This document shows, in pieces, positions 52,668 to 64,000 of a stretch of DNA of 64,000 bases (positions are counted from its first letter, which is position 1; the number at the start of each line of letters is the position of its first letter). The position numbers and the translations under genes were made by a program. Location of the stretch: the NCBI GenBank assembly GCA_010093815.1, contig ML996578.1; one strand, given 5' to 3'. The notes under the pieces are model-generated. The model made no database searches. It worked only from the letters and a program-made list of their open reading frames with translations, and was not told the DNA's origin. Source of the DNA: Pseudovirgaria hyperparasitica. Its lineage: Eukaryota.

Positions 52668-54291
52668 ATGGATAGTATGCAGTCCCAGCCAGACGTGCCC
52701 ATGCTCGTCACCTCCGCCACAACCAAGTCTGAGCGTCGTATCACGCCTTCGTGGTCCATTGCTCAGTTGAAAACTCGTCTGGAGCCCATCACCGGCATAC
52801 CCGCTTCTGCCCAGCGGCTTACTATCCAAGGCGCTCCCGTCGAAGCTGTCGACGAAGAGAGTGTGCAGCTTGCCGCTTATCCCCTTCAGGCCTATGCTGA
52901 GATATACGTAAGCTCCCTGTTACTTTCCTTTCTTCTTCTTTCACTCTAGCCATGCTGGAAGAAGCCGGCCACGTCCCTATACCTGCGCCCTCCTTTTCTT
53001 TCTGCCTCATCGTCTCAAGAAAAAAAGGTCCACCATCTACCGTCGCTAGTTTGATTCGGCATTCTTGTTCTTTTTTTTTTCAGTGACATGTGCTTGTCCA
53101 TGCACCTGCGACTCGTACGCTGTTTCGCTTCAGGGATCATGTGTTGTTACCATGGAGTGAACGATGCCCTCTACTTTCTCTCTATGCCTGGGCATTCGTC
53201 TGACATAGCCGTACCGCAAGCTTGTCATGTTCAGGGCTGTGTTCTGCCCATCATTGGCCTTGTATCCTTGTCCTCGGCAGCTGGACGGGATGGATGCAAC
53301 GCTGAAACACTCTGCGCACTCATCTCCATCCTCTGCTCCCGCAGTTTACTCCTCATCTATTTATAGATCGAACATCTACTGACTTCGATTTGTCTCCTTT
53401 CTATCTCTAACAGCGATGTCTAGGTTCATGATACTCGACCCGCTGCGGCTCGCGTAGACTTTTCCGATGTGTCCGCTGTTCCAAAATACGTCATGCCCGA
53501 AAATGAATACGAATCCCGTTCCGACAGTGTCTTAGCTTGGAAGAAGTCGCAGAAGTTGGGTCGCTTTGATCCAGACGCTCCGTCGCTCGAGCAGCAGAAG
53601 ATACTAGAACTGGAACAGGAGATCAAAGATAAAGGTATGTTACAATTCATCCCATCTCATAACGTAGCTTGTCTATGTCTTATGTTTCACACCAACCTCG
53701 CATCGAATCCCCTTATCTAGCGACTGCATGAATGCGTAGGGCAGGGAGTACAATCCTTCTCGCCCAAGTCTTGGCGTCAACCGTGTCGCGGCAGGGGCCA
53801 AACCGGCATTTGAGGCAGTTCTATCAGAGCACATGAGGATCTGCTCTCGCTGATTGGCACATATCGGCATATCTTGAAGAGACCGAAACCTGTGCTACTG
53901 ACATGAATATGAGCCCTTCTTGCTGTTGCCTGTGGTGTGTGATGGTGCCCTTATGTGACTCCCAGCATCTGCTCCTGCGTCGTTCGAATCCTACCGCTCG
54001 CTAACGATACTGTCTGCCAGATCTTCGTGTCAGTCGACGGTGTCGCCTCCTACCATCATCGACTCCACGCCATGGAGAGATTCGCTACGTCGGTCTGATT
54101 TCGCAACTGCCTGGTCCTGGACCATGGGTAGGCGTAGCTCTAGATGAACCAACCGGGAAGAACGATGGCTCTGTCAAAGGCTCTCGTTACTTCACATGCA
54201 ATGCAAATTGCGGCGTCTTCGTTCGGCCGGAACGCGTCGAGGCGGGCGACTTTGGCATCATCTCCATTGACGATGACCTTGAAGAGATTTA
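52668..54291 (+). CDS. ALF1: Tubulin-folding cofactor B (UBL + CAP-Gly)
   Basis: Exons 52668-52906, 53424-53634, 54021-54291; UBL SERRITPSWSIAQLKTRLEPITGIP, YESRSDSVLAWKKSQKLGRFDP, CAP-Gly GPWVGVALDEPTGKNDGSVKGSRYF, C-terminal EEI. Confidence 0.93.
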
Positions 54292-54989
54292 GAGCGTCCG
54301 TCATACTGCATGATCGCGTGTAGCCTATCATATATACTCATAGTATCGGCGACGTGCATTCGCCATGGATACACTTAAACTCACCTTCGTGCAACACATT
54401 GCAGGCTGGAGTCGCCATGCCATAGCATCCACCTGCGAATGCTCAGCCTGCATAGTTCAAGTCTGATTTAATCCATCCACAAGGCTGAGTCTCACTGGCA
54501 GAAGAAGCAGCTACGTAGGGGTAGCTCTATAGCAGGGCAATTGTCTAGAAGTCCGCATACAACAAAAGTCCCTTCCCCCAGAGTGTCGTAAACAAATCGC
54601 GACAAATGAACATATACCTAGCTCAGCACATTAAAAAATAGATAGACCTCAAGAAGAAAGAAAGCAGTCTGTTTTCTCTGTATCATTACATTTTCCACAT
54701 AAAATCGATCTCCTCAGCGCCCCGAGATACGCCATACCTCTCCACCCCCCGGCCAGCTGTACCGTCCTGCAGTTCGTACATACATACACACACATATACA
54801 TACATACATTCATGTCAGCCCACCAGGCTGTGACCGGTGAGCGGCCACGTCTCGAGGTTTTGCCTTGCTTGTTTGCGTGCTTACATCGTACCCTGGTTCG
54901 TATGTGCGGAGTGCGGAATGGCGATGGATGGTGATGGATTGTGTATTTTCTCATTTTGGGATTGGGTGTGTCTGCTTTTGTGCTCGCTG

Positions 54990-55575
54990 TTCATTGTTGT
55001 TGTGTTCGTTGTTGTGTGTTCATTGTTGTTGTGTCCATTGTTGTTGTGTCCATTGTTGTTGTGTCCATTGTTNNNNNNNNNNNNNNNNNNNNNNNNNNNN
55101 NNNNNNNNNNNNNNNNNNNNNNNNNNNNNNNNNNNNNNNNNNNNNNNNNNNNNNNNNNNNNNNNNNNNNNNNNNNNNNNNNNNNNNNNNNNNNNNNNNNN
55201 NNNNNNNCATTGTTGTTGTGTCCATTGTTGTTGTGTCCATTGTTGTTGTGTCCATTGTTCTGTGTCCATTGTTGTTGTCTCTATTATTGTTGTATGCTCA
55301 TTGTTTATTGTTGTGTGCTCATTATTATCATATGCTCATTATTGTTGTGTGCTCATTATTATTATGTGCGAGCATTGTTTATTATTATGTGCTCATTATT
55401 ACATGCTCATTGTTGTGTGCTTATTTTTCATTACTGTGTACTCATTGTTCATTACTGTGTGCTCATTATTCATTACTATGTGCTCATTGTTCATCACTGT
55501 GTACTCATTGTTCATTGTTGTGTTTTCATTATTATGTGCCCATTATTATTATTATTATGTGCCCATTATCATATA
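54990..55575 (+). repeat. 15-bp minisatellite (CATTGTTGTTGTGTC)n spanning an assembly gap and decaying rightwards
   Basis: Perfect units on both sides of the N-run; degenerate CATTATTATGTGCT-type units to ~55575. Confidence 0.9.
55073..55207. other. Assembly gap (135 N)
   Basis: Run of N characters. Confidence 1.
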
Positions 55576-55926
55576 CGCGTGTGCTATATATCTATACCTG
55601 GATGAAGGTTCATACATCCTATAATCCTACAATCCTATAATGCTCCATATCCTACTGTCTTCTTCTGTACTCATTGTGATATCTGTCTTGGCCCGCTATA
55701 CTACTATTTTTGCACACATAGTCGTATGAGTTCAGGGCTATCAAGAGGCCCGAAACAGTCATGTATTCGCATCCTACGATCTGAAGCATGGCAGGATCGT
55801 TGGATTGTTTTTTTTTGTTCTTCGGTCGTAGTATGCATGGTAGGTAGGTAGGTATGCACTTGACAGGCAGGCATTTCCATCCATCCATCCATCTGTCCAT
55901 CCCGAACCGCGACAACCGCCATGGGT

Positions 55927-55974
55927 GACAGCCCTGGGTCGTAACATGACAGCCTTGGGCCGTGACATGACAGT
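55927..55974 (+). repeat. Imperfect 21-bp tandem repeat (~2.3 copies)
   Basis: TGACAGCCCTGGGTCGTAACA / TGACAGCCTTGGGCCGTGACA / TGACAG. Confidence 0.8.
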
Positions 55975-57300
55975 CGTGTGCCCTGCATGGCAGCCAGCCC
56001 CCAATTCTTCATTCCTGGGTGTTCTGGCCCCCAAGTTATCAAAGTGCTGGTGGGAATATGCTATGTATATAGTACAGCGTACAACACATAACGTCTGTGG
56101 AGCACTGTGCTGGTTTGCTCTGACTGTATTGGACTGGGCTTTTATATAGGCTCGCTACAACCTACTCCACTACTGACTGCAGTTACTGCAGGCAGGCCCC
56201 AAACCCACAATCCCGTTCCTGATCGTGGGTCCTGGTCGTAATACTGTTTCTGATCATGATCCTGATCCCAATCCTGAAGCTATCTCGCCACGTTTTGTCC
56301 CCACACGCGTTCTTATATTATTACCCCTGCGATGTTTAGTTTCTAAATCGGGATTTGCGTGGCCCTGCCCGATGCTGGGTGGGACCAAGCGGGGCTCGAA
56401 TAGGATAACCAAACTAGAATAGCCAGGCTAGAATAGGTACACGGGACAGAAATGGACCTAGGTGGAGAAGGGGCCGAAGGGGGAAGAGGGGGGGGGGAGG
56501 TGTCTCAAAATGGCATCTCGCCGGCTTAGAATATACGAGCTGGAGGAATTAGGAACTGTCTCGACGGGGGATGGAGGAGTTACAAACTTGGGGGTTTTGG
56601 GGATTTCAGGGCTGGAGGATTCATTCTTTGAGCGGCTTTGGCGGCTTGAGTGTTCAGGGCTGGGGCTGTAGGAGTTAGTCATTATGTACATGATGCTCGA
56701 TTCGATGGGAGGGATGGGATAGCAGGATTTTTTTTGGGACCGGACGAATAGATAGCCCGGGCGGATGGACAACGCTCGGGAGGGCGTGAAACATGTTTGT
56801 TCGCGTGGTGCTTTGTTTGTTTTAAGGGATGGAGAGATATATTTTTGGGAGTGGGTTGAGGGGGAGGAGAGTGGTTGAGGGAAAGGAGGGGTAGAGAGGT
56901 TCGGGGAGGAAGTTGGAGTAGTTGAATGATGTAGCAGTTCTAATTTGCTTTTATGGTGATGTATGTATGTATTAAGGATTGTCGTTTGTGTGGTTTACGT
57001 GTGGCTTTTGTGGTGATGTGCTTGTGTTGTGTATTATTGATGGACTTGATGTACTCGCATCCGGATAGTCACACTCATCTATGTAGTCATTTACTCACAT
57101 GCCTACATTATCATGTACTCATAATATTATATATACACGCTGACCTACAGATCGATACCACATCCATATGGTCGTACATTTACAGTATAAATGGGCACGG
57201 CCTAGGAGTAATGAGAAAGACTGAGAAAGCCGCACTATCGCAATCTTAGACTGGTATTTTCACGGCATTACAGTATAAACACAACCCAGCTGCCTCAGAA

Positions 57301-59283
57301 TCAGGAGCTACAACTGCATTGCGTCAACCCTTTATACTTGGGTACCGGACCACACCATCGCTCTTCGGTGGCATTGTCCCAGCTCCACGAGTCTTCAAAG
57401 GGGTTCAGTGCCATTTTCATCGTGCCTTCCAGCAGATCGCCGCGTTCGCCTTGCTTCTCGACTCGCTCGATGATTTCGTCCAATATCCATGACCGGGGAA
57501 CGAACTATTCGAGCATCAGTATGGGCTGAGGATCACTCGTGGGGTGACATACCTTTGGATTGACCATTCTCATCTCTGCAGACCTCTCTGCATCCTTGCC
57601 CTCACCCCAATCCTCGATAACACGCTTCGACCATTTCTCGAGCCATTTGCTAAGCCGCACCTGCCCGTCTTCGATCTTGTTGCCAGCGCCGACGCCGTCA
57701 GGGTGGAAGAATCCCTTCGCAGTCTCTTTCCGCTTCTCGTCGTCCGCAACATCAGCCAGCCTTACGCCCGAGAGACATCTGAAGGTCTGATTGAAATCGA
57801 GTTCCAGCGCTTCCATGGCATCCAGCAGCTCCGAGTACAGCTCCTTGAAATCGCCTTCGGTCTGCGTCTTCAGCCCCAATCGAGCCGTCATCAGCTTCTT
57901 GTACTCCGCCATAAAGACGGCTTTGAATTCCTCGCCAATCTTCTCAATCAGGTTCTCCGCACGGCTGACTAGCTCATCTGCCGCTTCCTTGCGCACACCT
58001 TCGTCAACAAATTCCTGGTCGTCGCATTGCGCGCCGGAGCCGATGAGCTCACCAAAGGCTTCGCCAGTGCGGACGAGGTTCCACCATATTATCGTTGGTT
58101 GATTGCGATAGCTATATCGGAGCATATGGTCGTCGTGGTTGGGTGTGTAAGATGGGTCGAACTGGTCCATGAATGCAAAGGGACCGAAGTCGATGGATAG
58201 TCCGAGCACGGAGGTATTATCAGTGTTTAGCACGCCGTTCATGAAGCCGTATGCCTGCCACCATGCAACTGTTTGCGCATTCAAGCGGACAATGTGACGA
58301 TAGAGGCGCGTATACCTGTTTTCAGCATCTTTGCCAGCACCTTCAATGGTGTCTTTGGATACCCCTGAGATTGCTTGTGTGGCCGTCGTCTCAACCTCTC
58401 CTGCCGGAAGCTTTGCCGGGAGGTTGTCCCATCCACCAAATACGTGCTCTGCGACATAGTCGGCAAGTTGTCTTAATAGTTTGCGATCACCTCTTGCACG
58501 CAGGAGATCAAACGTCCCCAGTCGTAGCCAAGTTTGTGCAAATCGAGCGACTATCGAACCAGGCTCGATGCGCTCGCGAACAACCCTCGCTTTCGGGGCA
58601 TATGTCAGCGACAACGCACGCGTAGACTTGATACCGATTGCGTTTAGATACTCCGAGACTACAAACTCCCTCAAGCTCGACCGAAACACTGCTTTGCCAT
58701 CGGCGAATCTTGAGTACGGGGTCATGCCAGCACCCTTGAGCTGCACCTCATATCGCGTACCAGCTGGATTTGTAGTCTCGAATAACGATATCGCACGACC
58801 ATCACCGAGCTGTCCAGCCCACTGGCCAAACTGATAGCCTCCATAGCACTGCGCCCACGGATACACGCCTTCCTGCTTTTCCTCATCCCATGCTATGATC
58901 TTGTTCCCACTGACCGTGTCCAAAAAGTCCGGACTCTTTACGTCGTCTTCTTGAATTCCCAGGTCTTTTAGCGCTGCTTTGCTAACTGCCAAAAGCTCAG
59001 GATCCTGTGTGCCCTCGGGCCGTATGAATGTATACATGGCATTCTTGACTATACGGGGACCAAGCTTCTCACGAGTGGCGGAATGCGAAGATTGTGGGGT
59101 CGGGAACTTTTCATCAGGTGGCAGGTGCGAAGTGAATACATTGGACTTGGGTATCTCGCGTATAGACGCAGCAGATCTAGCAGAGGTGTTCGTGGCGCTG
59201 GTCGAGAGATGAGCAGCCATTTGGGCTAGTCGCATCAGGCGTGGTGGTTGCAGCAGTCGAAAAGCGAATTGGGAGAGAAGCAT
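57301..59283 (-). CDS. FMP40: SelO/YdiU family protein adenylyltransferase (Fmp40), probably mitochondrial
   Basis: YGGYQFGQWAGQLGDGRA, QLKGAGMTPYSRFADGKAV, GFMNGVLNTDN, IDFGPF, C-terminal QCSCSS; intron 57552-57505; ATG 59283 gives an Arg-rich presequence-like N-terminus (other starts possible). Confidence 0.93.
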
Positions 59284-60223
59284 GTACAGAAGCGGCACTA
59301 CAAGGAGAGAGAGAAATGTCAGACGTTCAGGTGTGGCGATGGAGGATTGAAAGGAAATAAGTCTCATATCATTGCTACGATCGCATACAAGGAACTTTTG
59401 CGGAGAAGCGTGAGCAGTGGCGTCATGTTGTGTGATGTCCACCTCTTATCGATTAAGCTGATGGTTTCTAGCCCAATACAGTATAGCTTCCCAAGGCATC
59501 TCACTTGGCACCAACCCAGGAGTTGTTAATAATGTATGATTCGACTCGGTCCCGATGATTCATTGCTCTTTGACAGTATAAAATCTCATCTGACCATATC
59601 AGAAGAGACTGTCCTTTCGTCCATTCGATATTGGAATCATCTTTATTCCACTGAGAAGCACCAGCACCAAAAAACCATGTAAGAGCCCCAGATCCGATAT
59701 CGCTACCACCTCTTTTGCCTCCTGTAGCACTCTCATGATTTTTGTCTCCTGTAGAATCTTCATGATTGTAGTGTCCATATTAGAACTCCGAGGTACGACC
59801 ACTACAGCACTTTATATCATAGCCTGCACCTTCCCCTTCTGGAACGAAAGCCCTAGTCGTGTGTATTGTCTAGGTATGGATGTCGCCGATCGACCATCAC
59901 CTAGTGCTCCCGTTAACCCTGTACCCAAGACCCAAACGAGTTGCATACACTTGGGCCCAGCATTTTGAACTCCAGCTAACAGAAATGCCCTAGAAGCTTG
60001 ATCTACACCTTACAATTATGGCAATTGATGGTCTCTCGCCGAGTCTCCACATCATCTAGCGTCTGGTCTCAGCTTGGCTTCTCTTTGTCGCGTGGCAAAC
60101 ACTACTTCAATACACCGTCGCTCCAACAGGTAGTCCACGGTATCAAATCTGTTCTGTCACTTTCTTGCCGATACGATTAAGCCACTCCCTTGTTCATTTG
60201 ACTTCTACTCACTCACGCGTGCA

Positions 60224-61684
60224 ATGAAAAACGAGTCTCGAACAGCGCAAGATCGCCTCTTGTTGACTACATTACCTGCGGAACTAATCGATAACGTCCT
60301 TTCCTTCCTGGACAGTCTAGATTTGGTCCAGACGGCTCTTGTTTGCAGATTGCTTCATTCACACGTACTCAAAGACACGATCTGGATTCCACTGATAAAG
60401 GCCAACATTCCTGGCGCCACAAACTTCGATCACGAATCGGTTGCTTCATACCGACATGCACTTACCGTGCTACACCCGTTCGTCTTTCTAACGCGACAAA
60501 AGATATGGTTCTCGGATTCTCGGTATGTGGGAAATCTAATCATATGTAGATATGATACACAAACAAGAGCCATCGTCGGAAACACACTTTTCGCAGATCG
60601 CGGACCGAAAAGTTTCGAGTTTTGGAAATGGGCACCTGATGTCATAATCCACAGATTCGACCCTAAAGTCAACCTTGATCTGACAACTCCGGTAATCCAT
60701 ATCGATGCTGCTTCTTTGAGGGCTCGATCATCAGCATCACCGAAACTGGGACAGCCAGTCCGCATGGCACAACGACAGGTAGAACCGAGAGTTCATATGC
60801 AATCGTCCTTCATGCTGGCCAAACCATGGCCACATGTCATGTCACCCAGCTCTCAAATGTGGCCACCGGCCATTTTGCCCGCCAACGAGCGCTGTCGAAC
60901 GGATTCACTTACCAACTTTTCCGGTTCTGGGCACAGACCAGAGACTTTGTCTCAAATGAGTGAAAGCACGTTTCGCCTACACACGTCTATGCAAATGAGC
61001 ACTTTCAGTGGGTTTCCCCCAGTGAAAGACACAGTAACTGCCTGGGCCACTCTTCCCGTTGAAGCATATACGCCGACAAAGCAAAAACCGTGGCGCGGCA
61101 TCTGGGTCGGTGACTACTCAGGCCATGGATGTGAATTCTTGGTGGTTTTACAACCAGATGATCCTCAGCCCCTCCCAGAGGGTGTATTACGGGGTCTCGC
61201 AAAGCGAAAAGACCGAAGAAATGAAACAGCGCCGGACACTCGACTGAGTGCCACAGTGTTTGGTGGAGGTGAAGACAGAACTTCGCGAGGTGGAACGTCG
61301 TCGACGAGCACAGAGTCTGAGGATATCTACACGGGCCGGCTCGAGGCCGTGAAGATTACGGGAGACATCAATGTCCAGCGCGGCGAGTATACGTTCATAG
61401 CGCCTGACATAGGCGACGAAGGTCTAATACGCATTGCAACCGAGGAACTGTTCGAGGGTGCTCGTGTGTTGAAGAGCGTCGGTCACATTGCCTCTCATGG
61501 CTACCGGGACGGTCAGTACCTCAAGATATGAATACTAATGTAGAGAAGCTAACTTCCTGTAGACGAGTATATCACCTCACAGCTCATTCTGGTCTCTGAA
61601 AACCGGATCGCGCAGTACTGGGAGGACTTTGGCCATATCAGCTATTATCAACGAGTTGATATAGATGAGTTCATCAGTGTGTAA
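60224..61684 (+). CDS. F-box protein with FBXO31-like C-terminal domain
   Basis: F-box LTTLPAELIDNVLSFL..LVQTALVCRLL; C-terminal GIWVGDYSGHGCEFL, LEAVKITGDINVQRGEYTF, RIAQYW; intron 61512-61562. Confidence 0.88.
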
Positions 61685-62252
61685 GGCTTTCTTGGCGTGG
61701 TTCCCGGATCCTTGAGAAGGGGGCCACGGACATGTGCATAGAGCGCTCAACCGAACTCACTGAATTAGTTAGGTAACCGGAAAAAAGCTCTCTGGCAATT
61801 CCGCGAGCCATGTCAAGAATGTGCCTAGGAGAGTGGTATTGGTAATCAAGATGAAGCTTGCTGGTGTAGACAAGAATATGCCTCAATCCCGGGGCAGGGC
61901 CTACAGGCTATATGGTTCTAGTAAGCTATACACCTGCAGATCAGACTGACAACTGTATATGCTACTGGGGCTGTTGTGTTTGAGCATGATACCGATAAAC
62001 GAGGAGAAAGCTGGTCCTGTGAGAATTCTTTACCATGGGACATCAATTTCCGTGTCTCTACGGCGTTCTGAATGACTAAAGCAAGTCGTGATGCATGTCT
62101 CGAACGTATGCAGGGCCAAATTCAGACCCTTATGCGGCTTGAAAATGTGAGACAAGCAGCATATCTCCAATCTCAACATTGTATCTAAGTTGATATTCTA
62201 TATGGGTATCGAGACTCTATGTGGGATCCCTGTATCCAAATGCTTTACTTCG

Positions 62253-63341
62253 TTAGTCGAGGTCATCGTCATTCGTGTTGAAATTCGAGTCCGCAGCCGT
62301 GTCAGTGGTGTTGACGTCTGCCTTCTCGGACTCGCCAAGCTCATCTATCGGAAGGAGAGAAAGAATGATGACGAAGAGGGGCTTGTCTGCTGTCCGATCC
62401 TTGAGGACATATCTGAGTGTGTGCGTTCTGATTAGCGGGTTAGACGGGTTGTGGCAAGGAAAATGCAGAGCCCGACTGGGGTGTAAAAGCAAGAACAAGA
62501 GCAAGCGAGGGTGGGAGAAAGACGCACCTCAGCGGCTGGCCATCCCAATGTTTAACTATTGAGAGTGTGATTACCGGGAGCTTCAGCGAGAAATCTGAAG
62601 AAATCTGTTAGCACGCGCCATTGTTGACCATGGGAGACCTTGTCCCTTACCGTTGAAGTCTAGGTAGGGGTTGAAGAAATCGCAGGCATAACTCCGGCCC
62701 TCTTCGAATTTGAAATCTTTTCTTGTGTCTTCTCCCAAAAAGTGCTTCATCCGTGCAGCACTCTGCTCTGGGATACCCTGCTCCTCTCTTACGGTCGCGC
62801 CATCGCCTTCCGCTCCCTCCTCGAAGACGACTACGTCACCGTCCACCTTATCGCCACTCTTCTCTGCCATCTTATCCACATCTTTTGAACCCTTCTCTCC
62901 TATCCTCAGCACATTAATACTGCTCAAAAGAGGCCCATACAAATGCGGCTCATCCGCATACGGATCACCATACAGCCCAGGGTCAACCCACTTCTTCACA
63001 AAGTTGAACGCCGTCCCAAAGCCCCATGGTAGCCTGTCTCTGATCGGATGGTCAAAGTCATTGCCGAACACAATCTCGTCGCCCGTGTATGTCTTCTTGG
63101 GTGTGAAGGTGAAGGATATCGAGTATAAGTCGGACTTGTGAGTCTCGTGCGAGAAGTAGGGTGAAGTGGATGGCGAGCCTTTGGGTAGACCACGGTAGTT
63201 TTGTATCCGCACGTTTAATTGTGCAGTCAGATTCTCGGTGTCAATCTTCACGGGCTCAGGTGCATTCACAGCGACGTCGTGTTGCGTGGATTCGTCGTAG
63301 GTGGGGCCGGCCGTGACCTTGAGAATGTACTTTTCGGCCAT
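62253..63341 (-). CDS. Conserved fungal protein, DUF1769-like
   Basis: LKVTAGPTYD, VRIQNYRGLP, FGNDFDHPIRDRLPWGF, DPGLYGDPYADEP, DFFNPYLDF; two introns join to WDGQPLR..YVLKDR. Confidence 0.82.
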
Positions 63342-64000
63342 GCTGGAAGAGTCCGTGAGAGTTTCTAGGAGGACACGTCCGGGTGAGCGATCGCGTCACT
63401 ATTGTAAAACGTTCTGGTTAGGAGCTGTTGATTGCTCGCGAGCTGAGCAGATTGTGGAGGTATTTACGCACACGAGGAGACGTCGGACGTCATACCTTGT
63501 GGCGTATCAAAAAATCACATGTGAAGAAGTTTTGATCCTGATATGTTTATTTGGTCACGACTCTACCCCTAAACCAGATCCGGGCGGGAACTTTGTGAAT
63601 TCAATGTCGAAAAAGGTCATCATCAAGATCACCAAATAGATGTATCTGTCGATACGGTCGGTATGTCGCCTGTATGTCTTCATCTAATTCGTGGAGATGG
63701 CGATCGCCGAGACGCCACCGTGGTAGAATCCTTCTTTTTCTCGTCGCCTGTATCTTGATTTCGCTATACAAACTTCAAGATTCTGCTCCATCCAGCATTA
63801 TCAACATCGGCACCCCTGCAATCGGATCGGGTTCACAGCCACTCAATCAGACGGCCCTGGATATTGCGCCCGCTTATGTCTCAGCTATCATGGAACCAAG
63901 ACTATCCAATCTCTTCTCTATGCTAGAATGTCCCGAACCCGACAAAGATCGCTACACATACCTCTACACATCGTCAGAACACAAGTTTTTCTTCGCTCTC

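Noticed and set aside
54837..55640. Cys-rich or hydrophobic ORFs resembling metallothionein or membrane proteins
   Set aside because: Translations of the 15-bp minisatellite across an N gap.
57301..57325. Selenocysteine in the SelO homologue
   Set aside because: The C-terminus is encoded as Cys-Ser-Cys-Ser-Ser then TGA, with a second TGA two codons later; this is the ordinary Cys form.

Overview
Gene-dense, intron-containing segment of a filamentous ascomycete (Pezizomycotina) nuclear chromosome. The left end (1-~620 and ~2070-2450) holds two TpA-rich blocks that look like RIP-degraded repeats, flanking an orphan ORF and followed by an intron-containing tRNA-Val(TAC). About 17 spliced protein genes follow, mostly housekeeping: EMC7-like, SLY41-like transporter, secreted alpha/beta-hydrolase, PUF RNA-binding protein, SEY1, Rab11/YPT31, a chromodomain + 4xCCCH protein, a solitary cytochrome P450, a glycine-zipper protein, PCF11, Hook, MIF2/CENP-C, a Myb factor, tubulin cofactor B, SelO/FMP40, an F-box protein and a DUF1769-like protein. 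There is one 135-nt assembly gap inside a minisatellite. I see no CRISPR, rRNA, intact transposon or biosynthetic core gene. The best leads are a probable GUG start on the Myb factor, a 623-nt self-complementary intron splitting the CENP-C cupin, two oversized introns in tubulin cofactor B (one with a stop-coupled cryptic acceptor), and the chromodomain-CCCH fusion. All product calls come from recognising motifs by eye, not from database searches; I cannot establish that any lead is novel.
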